A DNA stretch of 64,000 bases. Origin: Octopus vulgaris (taxonomy: Eukaryota). The DNA lies in the NCBI GenBank assembly GCA_951406725.2, contig OX597827.1, positions 69,006,001-69,070,000 on the forward strand. Reading direction: 5' to 3'. The number at the start of each line of letters is the position of its first letter. Position 1 is the stretch's first letter. The position numbers were made by a program, and so were the translations under genes. Shown here in pieces: positions 26,373 through 39,100 of this stretch. The notes beneath the pieces are model-generated. The model did not search any database, was not told where the DNA came from, and was given only the letters and a program-made list of their open reading frames with translations.

Positions 26373-26828
26373 CACACACTCATCTACATTCACACTCACA
26401 CTCATTTACATTCACTTACATTCACACTCACGTTCAAAAACATTCATTTACATTTACACAAAGGATGTAGGAAAATCTCAAGAATTTTATTGGCTGAAAC
26501 GAAAATAAAACAGAAATTCACATACAATTTCAGCAACAAGAATGTATGAAATACTCGGTCAATTTACACCCAGACACACTACTGAATCAGTCACTACACA
26601 TCACACTCATACAGTACCCGAACACATACACACTCCAAACATGGCCTATATAGCAGGGTTCAGCCAGTACTATAGACAGCCTTGAAGGGACCTTACTGAA
26701 TATTCAAAGAAGTTTATCCCTTTTCAAAAAAAAAACTTATGGCCACTTTACCCATGAGGTCCTCAAATATAGTCCTGTTTTGCCTTGCAATATCTCTACT
26801 AGGGTCCTACACATACACATCATTTTAA

Positions 26829-27049
26829 CCCTTTAGCATTTAAACCAGTCATATCCGGCCAAAATATTCTATCTGTTTTAGGTTCAAACTGGCCAGATCC
26901 TGTCTCTCACACCTACCCTACAATGTCATTCGGAAAATAAACAGTAATTATCGAAATCTCAAACATACAAGATAATGCATGATTAATTCCAAGCAATGTA
27001 AAAAAAAATAAGCATTTCATTTGACAGAATAATCTGAATGCTAAAAGGG
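26829..27049. mobile_element. piggyBac-type MITE family 2
   Basis: TTAA|CCCTTTAGCATT ... AATGCTAAAAGGG|TTAA. Confidence 0.85.
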
Positions 27050-27662
27050 TTAATGTCCCTTTTTGCTCTATGTTTGCATGGGTCAGACATAATTTGTTGA
27101 GGCAGACTTTTCTACAGCATGATGCCTTTCCAGTTGCCAACCCTCACCTGTTTCCAAGCGAGGCGTAGTATTTTATTTTCTCCTGACCAGACTTATTCTT
27201 ATACACAGAACATTGGAAAAAAATGATGCTCATTCAGAACCTATTTCTTTACTACCCACAAAGGGCTAAACATAGAGTGGACAAACAAGGACAGACAAAC
27301 GAATTAAGTCGATTATATCGACCCCAGTGCGTAACTGGTACTTATTTAATCGACCCCGAAAGGATGAAAGGCAATTGGCGGAATTTGAACTCAAGAACGT
27401 AACGGCAGACAAAATACCACTAAGCATTTCGCCCGACGTGCTAACGGTTCTGCCAGCTTGCCACTTTATTCAGAACCATCACATGATGTCAAGTCAAGAA
27501 GAGACACACAAAACAAAACTACGGATTTTTCTTATCTAATACTCCGAGTTTCTTGAAATTCTTCTCAATAATATTTGAATCTACTGGTCATACATGAGGA
27601 ATTACCTTCGATGTGATTCTACTTGGAGAGATTGTTTGATATAGCTAACCAAATTGGTTTAA

Positions 27663-27884
27663 CCCTTTAGCATTTAAACCAGCCATATCCGGCCAAAAGT
27701 ATTCTGCCTGTTTTATGTTCAAACTGGCCAGATCTGGTCTCTCACACCAACCCTACAATATCGTTTTAAAAATTAACAGCTACCTCATCAAAATCTCAAA
27801 GCTACAAGATAATGCCTGATTAGTTCAAGACAATGTGGATGAAAACAGCATTAATTTTGGTAGAATAATGCGAACACTAAAGGG
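27663..27884. mobile_element. piggyBac-type MITE family 2
   Basis: TTAA|CCCTTTAGCATT ... CTAAAGGG|TTAA. Internal sequence matches 26829-27049. Confidence 0.85.
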
Positions 27885-29657
27885 TTAAAACTGGTGCTTT
27901 ATTGATATCTGACAGGAATTTTTAATCCCTTTTTTTCTTCTTATACATACATATAAATATGTATGTATGAAGAAAACCCATCAAGCCAAGTAAAATCTCA
28001 GTCGCGGCAGATACTGGTGTCACACAGTCCTTTTTTTTTTTTTAATCTTTCAATTGGAGAAACAACAGAGCCTATGATCTTTTGGTAGAGCCTCCAATAC
28101 TCAAGGGAGGCAGGGAAAGTGAGAGATGATATCCTCAAACTGGTGGTAAGACCCAAATGCTTGCAAACATAGTGGACTCTGTTAAAGGTATCCAAGGTGG
28201 AAGGTGGTGGAATTAGACCAGGACCAGCTCTCTATCATCTCGTATCACAGCTCTCGACATGTACAACCATACATCACCCCCCCCCCCACACACACACACA
28301 CACACACACCCCACACACACACATTCTCAAACACCCACATACTTTCCTGCAGTTGTTGACACTACCACACCAGCACCGGTAACACCATGATGATAGGAGA
28401 CCAGCAGGTCTTTGATCCAGGAAACCAAGCCTTCAATGACAACACAACGGTAAGTTCTGTAGCATCCGACATGTCACGAAACTTGGTAGCAGAGCAAAGA
28501 CTGGATGTGGGTTGGCAAGGAAGAAGGGGGTGGCAGGAAAGACTATAAGACTATTTGTTCAGTTATATTTAGTAACTTGACCCCACTTTATGGGCTGGTA
28601 AGGGACACTATAATTAAAGTACATACGTAGGAGTAAGCTTGTGTACACACATACACATATATACACACAGGGTGTTTATACTTGAAGACGCGTATGCATG
28701 TGTGTATATTAGATACTGAGTTGAAAAATTCCATTAACTAAGATTAATCCAAACAATTATCAGAAAAATCTACCCACTGGGAACATTTGATACCTACAAA
28801 CAACGTGCAGAACACCCATCCCTTGAGGTATTTCCCTTCGTCCATATATGCATATCAGTACATACGCATGCTTGTATGTATATATACATGTATGTACTTG
28901 TGTCCTCATTGTTTAACACCCACATTTCCTTGACTGCACGAGTCGGATGGGGAATTTGCTGAGGCAAAATTTTCTACAGTTGGATGCCTTTCCTGTTGCT
29001 AACCCTTGCCTGTTTCGAAGCAGGGTATTATTTCCTGATGGCCAGACATACTTTTGGAAATGAAGGACAGTGCTTGCATGATGGTGACATTCATACTATC
29101 TCAACGATCACATGAAGTCAAGGTAAGGAGACAGTAACACACACACTCGTACACTCTCTCATACTCACATGCACACACACGATGGACTTCTTTCAGTTTC
29201 CATCTAGTAAATCCACTCACAAGGATTTAGTTGGCCTGAAGCTATAGTACAAGACACTTGCCCAAGGTGCCACGCTGTGAGACTGAACCCATAACTATGG
29301 AGTTGGGAAGCAAACTTCAGCACAGGTACACCTGAGATTTATATAATGAAATAACATTACACCTTCGCTGACCCTCAGTCATGTTTCTACTCACAGGTAA
29401 CACAATGCCAGACTCCTAATCCCAACAAAGACTTTTTTTCTTTTATAAAATGATTTTAAATTTCAAGTTCTGTACCTGGTCTAAATATCTAATTTCTATG
29501 AAAAACTATGACCCCTCCACACCCACTCCTTCTCTCAGCACTTTATCCCTCCCTAGCTCCCACTTACTAGCTAACAATGCTCCCCACCTCCAATGAGAAT
29601 GTTAGCATACAGGTTAAGAACCATTCCATTTGATAATGTCATCTTATCTACACAAAG

Positions 29658-29983
29658 AAGGTGCATGGCTCAGTGGTTAGAGCGTCGAGCTTACAATTGT
29701 GAGGTTGTGAGCTCAAATCCCGGACCGGGCTGCTTGTTGTGTTCTTGAACAAGACACTTTATTTCATGTTGCTCCAGTTCACTCAACTATAGAAATGAGT
29801 TGCAATGTCACAGGTATCAGCCTTTGCCTTTCCCTTGCATATCACTGGTGACATGGAGAGGGGAGGCCAGTATGCATGGGCAACTGCTGGTCTTCCATAA
29901 ACAACCTTGCCGGGACTTGTGCCTGGGAGGGTAACTTCCTAGGTGCAATCCCATGGTCTGTGTTGTGACCGAAGGGGGTCTCA
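29658..29983 (+). mobile_element. tRNA-derived SINE (distinct family)
   Basis: GGCTCAGTGGTTAGAGCG (A box) ... GAGCTCAAATCCCGG (B box) head, then GTGTTCTTGAACAAGACACTT. Confidence 0.7.
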
Positions 29984-31213
29984 GAATCTACACAAAAAAA
30001 AAATGATGGGATAGTCAAAAGCTAGAGTGCCCTTGATCACAGACCTGCTTGCTCAGAGTTAACCAAAGACTAAAAGAAAAAAACACACACACACACAACT
30101 GGAAAATTAACTCAGCAACTGGAATAATGTATTTTATTTGACAATTCTTTGTATATAAAATAGTCAAAGATAGCCCTATTTTGCTCTGGCAAAGGGTTTC
30201 GACCATTTTGCAAGGCATATCTTTCCACTTCTAATTATGTCACTTTAAGTAACAATTATAGGCTGGGGGTCATTTCTTGGCAAAATAAAGGTGAAGCTGA
30301 CCTTGATGCAATCTGAACTCAGCAAGCATGCACACACATCTGAGAGACGGGGGGGAGAAAGTGAGAGTGAGAGAGAAAGTGTGAGAGAAAGTGTGAGAGA
30401 AAGTGTGAGAAGAGGGGGGTAAAGAGACAGGAAAGCACTTCATTTAGCGGGTTACTATTTCTGACACCACTACTCTCACCACCAACACCACAACTATCTC
30501 TGTACTCCTACCTTTATGTGTGTGTGTGTGTTATTTGATGGTATGCAATATCAATCAAGCTCAGCAAAAACGGGAAATCTTAGAATTCCATTCCACCAGC
30601 CATCAACATTCACAGAAGTTATTTAAAAAAAAAAAAACCATGCACCAAACTCACAAAGCAACCAACCAACCTGTTGGAAACAAAAATAAGGTTAGCCAAG
30701 TTGAACTGTGGCATCAAAGACAACCAACCAACCACTCAAAGATCCGACTATATTAGTACTTGTAACAAGGAAAATAAGAAAACTGAGATACCATTCTGTT
30801 ACACTGAAAATGCCTGGCACTTAGAACTGCTCAATGTCTCAGCTGTAAAAATGGTAATGTAATTTGTGGAATCCATCAATAGTGATAAGATATCCACCTG
30901 GTGCTTGCTGAAAGCTTGTTTGTGTATGCCAGGTGAGATTAATATAGGTGGGTGGGGGACAGAGTGTCATCACATCAGTCAGAATTAGAATCAGAACTCT
31001 GATCCTACAGAGATTAACAAGAAGCCAGGACTGATCAAGGACCCTGGCTTGTGTCCGAGACAGGAAATTCGACTGACATAAAACTGGACCCTGCAAGACT
31101 GAGCAACGATTATGACTCAAGCTCTAGAGTTAAATGTAATAACTTCCTACAGCTACAAGAGGGCAGTGTCAGTGGTTTTCGCAGAATCACCTAGATCAAC
31201 TAGAGTGATGACA

Positions 31214-31804
31214 TTAGCTTTTGGCATTTAATCCGGCCATATCCAGTCAAAATATTCTACTTGTTTTATGCTCAAACCAACCAGACATGGCCTCTCACAC
31301 CTACTCTACAATAATTTTCTAAAAATAAACAACCACATCACCAAAATCTCAAAGCTATGAGATAATTCATGATTATTTCAAATAATAAACAAGCATGTGA
31401 CAGAGTAATCTGAATGCTAATCTTGCTTGTACTTGTGACGGCCTTCACCCAGGGTGGGTTGAGCCAGCTTCTTCTCTGTTCTTAACGGCATCACGAACCA
31501 TGGCGGCCCACACTTGACGGTTCTGTGCGAGGTCACTGGAGATAGCGAGCCATTCGCGGTTCCATCTGCGCAGACTGACCACCTGCGGACTTGAGAGTTC
31601 AGAGAGGTCCTCCTTTATCGTCATTGCCCAAGTCTTCAGCTGCCTGCCCGTGCATTTGCGCCAGCTGGGAAGTGGAGGTGGGAGGAGGACATTGCGAATC
31701 AGCTCACCCTCTGGACACCGGGCCGCATGACCGAACCACCTTAAGCGCTGTTGTAGAGGCACCGAAGGGAGGGGCTGGAAACTTCTTCTATGAATGCTAA
31801 TGGG
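31214..31804. mobile_element. piggyBac-type MITE family 2, interrupted by an RTE LINE
   Basis: Internal sequence matches 26829-27049. The right TIR (TGAATGCTAAT-GGG|TTAA) is split by the LINE. Confidence 0.75.
31422..31790 (-). mobile_element. 5'-truncated RTE-clade LINE (ORF C-terminus plus CAAG(TA) tail)
   Basis: ORF 31762-31445 reads RLRWFGHAAR...RKCTGRQLKTW...IKEDL, an RTE C-terminal motif. The 3' tail is CAAGTACAAGCAAG. An 11-bp TSD TGAATGCTAAT sits at 31411-31421 and 31791-31801. Confidence 0.9.
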
Positions 31805-32778
31805 TTAATGATGCTCTTGAACCTTTCCAAACCAACACCTGCAGGAAAAATAAAAGCAAGGACTCTGGTGCCCCCAACCTGAAACTAAACAGGTTCCCAC
31901 TCTATAAGGACTAACCAACAACTTTAGCCATAATTCAAGATTAAACTGCAAAACTAAACAAGGATTCTGGTACCAATCCAAGAACATAAACTGTTACTGC
32001 TTTCCACTTTACAAGACAGACGAAATATTCTCTCTGATCACAACCCTGAGATTGAAAACCAGAGCTGCTTCCCACTCTAAGCTGACAAAACATTTTACAG
32101 TGATCTCCATGTAACTGCTATCCTGAGTGTCTGTTTACAGCTAAGTGGGTTCAGCTTACAAAAATGAACGAAATACACAGCTGGCAATAGTCATCAGCTG
32201 AGTGATAAACAGCAAGGACATGACCTCCGTAACTCTTTAATCAGTAGTCCTACATGCAATACAATGATACACATGCACACACACACACTTTTATTCTACT
32301 TCTCTCAGTCATTTGACTGCAGCCATGCTGGAGCACCACCTTGAAAGGCTTTTTTTTTTAGAAGAAATCAAACCCAGGACTTATTCTTTGTAAGCCTAGT
32401 ACTTATCCTATTGGTCTCCTTTGTTGAATCACTAAGTTACAGGGATGTAAACAAACCAACACTGGTTGTCAAGCGATGGTGGCAGTGGGGGAACACAAAG
32501 ACATACATACATACATACACACATACACACACACACATACATATATATATGTTGGTGTGTTTACATCCCTGTAACTAAGCAGTTCAGGAAAAGAGATTGA
32601 TAAAATAAGTACCAGGTTTAAAAACTAATTACTGGGGTCAATTCAATCAACCAAAAATTCTTCAAGGCAGTGCCCCAACAATGGCCAGTCTAAAAAATAT
32701 CATAGTAGAATTGAACTCGGAACCTCGTGGTTGCAAAGCAAATATCTTAACCATTGGGCCACATTCTGCCTACCTTAC

Positions 32779-32794
32779 CTTTAGTAACTGCCAG
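32779..32794 (-). other. Candidate 16-nt microexon (CTGGCAGTTACTAAAG)
   Basis: A ~70-nt AG-free U-rich tract ends in TTTTTCCTGTTTAG|. The exon is followed by the donor AAG|GTAAGG. Confidence 0.4.
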
Positions 32795-33244
32795 CTAAAC
32801 AGGAAAAATTATAAATTAAATATATAAAAATTGTAAAAAAAAAAAAAAAATTTAAACAAAAACAAATACTAACACAGACATCAAGAATGTCACCGAAAAC
32901 TAATTTGATAGGAATGTGTCTCTAGGAGGAACAAAGCTGGTTTGGCAAACAGGGGTCAGATTCCCTGACCTTTCAGGTTCCACTGTTGAAAAAACAGAAC
33001 CAGGAATACCATCAAATTTATTGTAGAGATATTTGTTTTTGTGCTTATTGTTGTTGGGTTTTTATTTTTTTAATTTTTTTTTCCTTCTCTAAACCACATG
33101 CAAGTGAAAACTTGGCATCAACCCATTCAACAAAAGGTCAAAGATTTTCTTTTGTTAGGCTTTGCAATGGATTTTTAAATTTTAGCTTGTTCAACACACC
33201 AAATCCACAAAGCCAGGTTTCAATTCCTACTCAAGGTAACTTAA

Positions 33245-33468
33245 CCCTTCCTTTTCATTACCATATTTCTATTAAAATATGCTGCTTTTGTTTCAATTAA
33301 TTTTGAAAATAATGAAGAATTAATTAAAATAATTTATCGTTATTAAGCTGGAGTTTGGAAGGAATTAACATGAAATTTTGAAAGAAAATTTCAATTTAGA
33401 TCATTTTGAAATGGTAAAATTTTATCATAGAAACATCGGCAATCTCTGGTGAGTCGGTATCAAAAAGT
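33245..33468. mobile_element. Degenerate piggyBac-type MITE (third family)
   Basis: TTAA|CCCTT...CATTACC ... GGTATCAAAAAGT|TTAA termini. Confidence 0.5.
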
Positions 33469-33899
33469 TTAACATAGGTGCAGGCATGGCCATGTGCTAA
33501 GAAGCTTGCTTCCCAACCACATGGTTCCGGGTTCAGTCCCACTGCATGGCACCATGGGCAAGTGTCTTCTACTATAGCCTCAAGCCAACCAAAGTCTTGT
33601 GAGTGAATTTGATTGACAGAAAATGTGTATGTGTGTGTATAAATGTTGTGTGCGTGTATGATCACCGACTGACAACCAGTGTTGATGTATTTACTTAGTG
33701 GTTTGGTAAAAAAATAAGTCCTGGGGTCAATTTGTTCAATTAAAACACTTCAAGGTATTGCTCCAGCATGGCTGTAGTCAGATGACAGAAACAAGTAAAA
33801 GAATTGGTTAAGTCATTGAGGGAGCCACAAGTAACTAAGTCTGCTAGAAATAGCAGTCAAATATGCCAAGAATCAGCGTCATAGTTGGAACTCATTTAA

Positions 33900-34090
33900 C
33901 CCTTTCATTACCAGCTCTGGCTTTGTAGTACAAATGTCTTGCTTTCGTAAGTTTTGAATTAAAATCTTCCACCAAGCCTTAGCCACAATTTATGTTCCTA
34001 AATAACTAAGTTATTTTACTAAATTCTTTTCTATATTTAAAGTAATTGAAACAAACAGAGCATCTCAAAATAAATACGGTAACGAAAGGG
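33900..34090. mobile_element. piggyBac-type MITE family 1 (internal deletion, opposite orientation)
   Basis: TTAA|CCCTTTCATTAC ... GTAACGAAAGGG|TTAA. Confidence 0.85.
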
Positions 34091-34957
34091 TTAATCATAA
34101 GCTTGATTAACCACGTGTGTCTTCAAGCTAAGTAACAAAAACCAATTCCATTTAGTCGCAAATAGGTACCAAAGGATGAAACAATTTTGTTCACCTAGAT
34201 GTAAAGACACACTAGAAAGAAAATAACTCAATCCACCAAGCTGTAAATAGGTACCACAATGTCTAATAACCCAGTCCACATCTCTATAAAAGGGTGACAC
34301 TACAGGAAACACTGGCCTCTTAGTAAAGAACTGTAAAGAATTTAATCTAAAGGTTATAGTTAAGAGGATATTTCTTAACCGTTCCACTAAAAAAATTGAA
34401 TTTCATGGTAATTCCAAGAATGATGTTAAATATCTGCCAGAAAGTAGGATTGGTATTTTCTGCAAGTCATGTCTCAAAACTTGACATATCTCAATACGAA
34501 ATGGTTTTGAACATGACATTCCTCAAAGAAAGAAGAAAAAAAAAGATTGGCATATAAAACTGCTTTCTGCAGTTAAGGGTAATGGAATTTTGAATGGACA
34601 TATCTAATTTCTGCATTAAAAGGGTTCAACTTTTGTGATGTCTGACAGATTTAGCACTGCCAAACCTTTCAAAGATGGTATTTATGATGCGTTTTATCGT
34701 GAATGAAATTTCACTTTATCAAAGAGAAAGTTAGAAGATTAGTTAAGATATTTATAATAATTCTGATGTAAGGATCCTTCTGATACAGCATGTGTGTCAA
34801 GGGTCACTCAAGAATAAAAAGGTTTGAGAAATGTTGCTTCATTTTATTGACCGTGGAAGGATGAAAGGCGAAGTTGACTTCATCCAGATTTGAACTCAGA
34901 CAAACGAGGTGCCATATATGAATATTGGTTTCAAACTTTGGCACAAGGTAAACAATT

Positions 34958-35945
34958 GAGTGTTTGGGTGTCAATCTGAGAGCAGTGCAGAGGGTTCAGA
35001 AAGAGTTGGATGAGTCTAATGGTGATTACGAAGGTATGGCAGCTCGGAAAACTCACTCCGATCGTTCTGATAAGAAAAGAACTCCCGAATTTGTTGGTGA
35101 GATCCAGGTCATGATTGACAATGATCCCTCCAAGTCAATCAGGGACCTGGGAGTGTCTGAGTTCCTTATCATGCAGGTAGTGCACAAAGACATTCGGTAT
35201 TCCTCATACAAGATGAGAAAGGGCCAGTTTTTATCCTAAGCCATCAAAGACAAGAGGAAAGACTGCGCTACAAAGCTTTTGAAAAAACTCAAGCATCCCC
35301 TCCAAATGAACATGCTTTGGTTTTTCTCAGATGTGGAAAGTTTCTGCCAGGATCAGATGGTGAACATACAGAACAACTGTTGGTTTGACATGTCCCCAAA
35401 ACATGCACCGAGGTTAATAAAAATCTAACATCCAGTCAAAACACATGGTGTTTGAAGTAATCACTAGTGATGGCGATGTTGTGCCTCCATTCATCTTCCT
35501 ACACGGCCTCAGACTTAACACAGAGGCCTACATTAAGTGCTTGGAGGAGGTAGTGTTGCCCTGGGTCAAGAGTGGCAACAGGACTCTGCAACATACTACA
35601 CAAGCAGGAGAACCTAGTCATGGCTGGCAGACAATTTCTGCAGCCACATCAACCCTAACCCCTTTTATTATTGTGTATTGGGCACAGTTGAGCAAGAGAC
35701 TAACAAAACTCCTTGTAAATCCAAAGATTAACTGAAGGCAAGGAGACCGTTCAGAAGAGTTGACGAGGATTCCGAAGTCATCTGGAGGTTGTGGTTGAAG
35801 CCGAGGTGATTTTATTGAATAAATTTACTCTTTAGTATTTCAAATTATTTTTATGTAATTTTGGTAAATATATCTGTTAAAATGAGATGTCAGTGTTATT
35901 TTCATTTTTGCGTAATTTAGGCAACAGTTTTTTCTCTACACCCTG
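34958..35945 (+). mobile_element. Tc1/mariner (maT/DD37D-like) transposon remnant, 5'-truncated, with transposase pseudogene
   Basis: Frameshifted pieces FFSD, MVFEVITSDG...PFIF.HGLRLNTEAYIKCLEEVVLPW. It ends CACCCTG|TA and is the same family as 54666-55915. Confidence 0.85.
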
Positions 35946-35951
35946 TATATA

Positions 35952-36014
<63 letters not shown>

Positions 36015-36477
36015 CTTTGCTTTCCCACTATCATTTGTCAACTGATGTTGGTTCGTTTGTGTCCTCATAACTTAGTAGTTCAGTACAAGAGACTGACAGA
36101 ATAATACAGGGTTTGATTTGTTTGACTAAGACTTTTCAAGGCAGGACCCCAGCATGGCCATGGACAAATGACTGAAACATGTAAATGATATACATCTTTT
36201 ATTTGTTTCAATCATTAGTCTGTGGCCATGCTGGGGCACCGCCTTGAATTTTTAGCCAAATAAATCGACCACAGTACTTTTATTTTTTTAAGCCTGGTAC
36301 TTATTCTATCAGTCTCTTTTGCTGAACCACTAAGTTACAGGGATATAAACACACCAACACCAACTGTTGAGCAATGGTGGGAAACAAACACAGACACACA
36401 CACACACACACACACACGAGCTTCTTTCAGTTTCCATCTACCAAGTCCACTCACAAAGAAAGCTTTGGTCAGCCCAA

Positions 36478-36779
36478 AGCACCATTCGAACGTGGCTGAT
36501 GCCAGCGCCGCCTTGACTGGCTTCCGTGCCGGTGGTACGTAAAAAGCACCAACCGATCATGGCTACTGCCAGCCTCCCCTGGCATCTGTGCCAGTGGCAC
36601 GTAAAAAGCATCCACTACACTCATGGAGTGGTTGGCGTTAAGAAGGGCACCCAGCTGTAGGAACACTGCCAGATCAGACTGGAGCCTGGTGCAGCCCCCT
36701 GGCTTCCCAGACCCCAGTTGAACCGTCCAACCCGTGCTAGCACGGAAAACGGATGTTAAACGATGATGATGATGATGAT
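36478..36779 (+). mobile_element. Family C retroposon inserted into a SINE A
   Basis: GGTTGGCGTTAAGAAGGGCACCC core with (GAT)n tail. The flanks are the two halves of a minus-strand SINE A. Confidence 0.7.
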
Positions 36780-38180
36780 ACTCACTCATGGTGTCACAGT
36801 GGAATTGTACCTGGAACCAAGTATATAGGAAGCAAGCTTCTAACCACACACACACATACACACACACTACACCACTCTGGCACACACAGCGTTAATACCA
36901 ACAGTGGTGACATGCTGGCTGTAGTCATCTGCAACACTGATACCAACGAGGACAGATGACATCATCCGGAAGAGACAGACAGACGTGTGATTAAGAAACC
37001 AAGTATTAGCATTACAAACCAAACCAAACCAAACTAAACTGAGGAATTACAGATCTACTCATAAGACATGCATACACAGACCTTTTTCTCAAAGTGAACA
37101 TCTATCTGTGTTCTAGACACACAAAAGTACACCCCTTGTATAAATAATTATACAAAAGCCATGCTACTAGGAAAGCATACATTCACCACGTACACGTCTA
37201 ATACATCTATATATGGATACACCTACACATGTACAAAACATACAAGAAGATATTACAGTCATTTACTGTCTTATCTTTAAATTGTTTCAGTCATTGGATT
37301 GTGGTCATGCTGGGGCACCACCACCTTCAAAGATTTAGCTGAATAAATTGACACTAGTAAGTCATTTTAATTTTTAAAACTGGTACATATTCGATCAGTC
37401 ATTTTCAGGGAATTGCTAAATTAGGGGCGGATGTAAACTAACAAAAATCTGTTGCCAAGTGCAGGAGGACAAACATACACACATTCTTTTATTCTTTTGT
37501 TTCAGTCATTTGACTGCAGCCATGCTGGAGCACTGCCTTTAGTCAAACAAATCAACCCCAAAACTTGCTTTTTATAGGCTTAGTACTTATTCTATCAATA
37601 TTTTTGCCAAACCGCTAAGTTACAGGGATGTAAACACACCACCATCAGTTGTCAAGCGATGGTGAGACAAAGACAGACATACATATATATTTATATATGG
37701 AGGCTTCTTTTAGTTTCCATCTACCAAATCCACTCACAAGGCTCTAGTAGCAGACACTTGTCCAAGGTGCCATGCAGTCGGACTGAACCCAGAACCATGT
37801 GGTTGGTAAGCAAGCTACTCACCACACAGCCATGCCTAACCAAATTCACTCACTTTTGCCCATTCATTTCCATTTCTGACAGGGTTAGCTGGATGCCCAC
37901 TTTGCTCTGTATTTATGTGTTCATTGCATTCATTCGATCAACGTCCGTTTTTCTAGGCTAGCAAGGGTTTGGACAGGGAGTAAATCCGGCAAGATTTTAT
38001 GGCTTAGATGCAAGTGTGGCTGGGTGGTCCGTTTCCCAACCACATGGTTTCTGGTCTAGTATCACTACATGGTACCTGGAGCAAGTGTCTTCTTATATTA
38101 TAGCCCCAGCTCAACCAAAGTCTTGGGATATATATCATCATCATTTAACATCCGTTTTCCATGCTAGCATGGGTTGGACG

Positions 38181-38451
38181 GGGCATCCAGCTGTAGAAAC
38201 ACTGCCAGATCAGACTGGAGCCTGGAGCAGCTTTCTGGCTTCCCAGACCCCAGTCAAATCGTCCAACCCAAGCTATCATGGAAAACAGACGTTAAACGAT
38301 GATGATGATATATATATATCATCATCATCATCATCGTTTAACGTCCGCTTTCCATGCTGGCATGGGTTGGACAGTTCGACTGGGGTCTGGGAAGCCAGAA
38401 GGCTGCACCAGGCCCAGTCTGATCTGGCAGTGTTTCTACAGTTGGATGCCC
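38181..38451. repeat. Spacer-less palindrome of two tail-to-tail family C copies
   Basis: GGGCATCCAGCTGTAGAAACAC...GATGATGA(TA)nTCATCATC...GTGTTTCTACAGTTGGATGCCC. Confidence 0.85.
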
Positions 38452-39100
38452 TTCCTAACGCCAACCACTCCGTGAGTGTAGTGGGTGCTTTTTATGTGCC
38501 ACCGGCACAGGTGCCAGACAAGGCTGGCAAACAGCCACGATCGGATGCTGCTTTTTACGTGCCACCGGCACGGGGACCAGAGGAAGCTGGCAATGGCCAC
38601 GGTCGGATGGTGCTTTTTACGTGCCACCGGCACGGGGACCAGAGGAAGCTGGCAACGGCCACAGTCGGAAGGTGCCTTTTACGTGCCACCGGCACGGATG
38701 CCAGTCGGGCAGCTAGCCTAGGGATATATTAGATGACACTTGCACAGGATGCAACACATTGGGACAGAGCACACACATGATGAACTTCCTCACTTTCTGT
38801 CAACCATTTTCTTCACTCACAAGGTACAAACTGCCCCACAGCTAGAATACAGTCATGGGTGCAAGATAGAAAACAGGTTTCCCACTATTGCCTTTGTCTG
38901 AGGATCAGATGTGATCTAAAATATTTCAGACGTGGCTATGTGTAAGAAGCTTGCTTTCCAACTACATGGTTCCAGGTTCAGTCTCACTGCAAGGCTCCTT
39001 GGGCAAGTGTCTTCTACCACAGCCTTAGGTCAATCAAGGTCTTGTGAGTGGATTTGGTTAACAGAAAGAGGCCCATCGTGTGTTTGCGTGTGCATATGTA

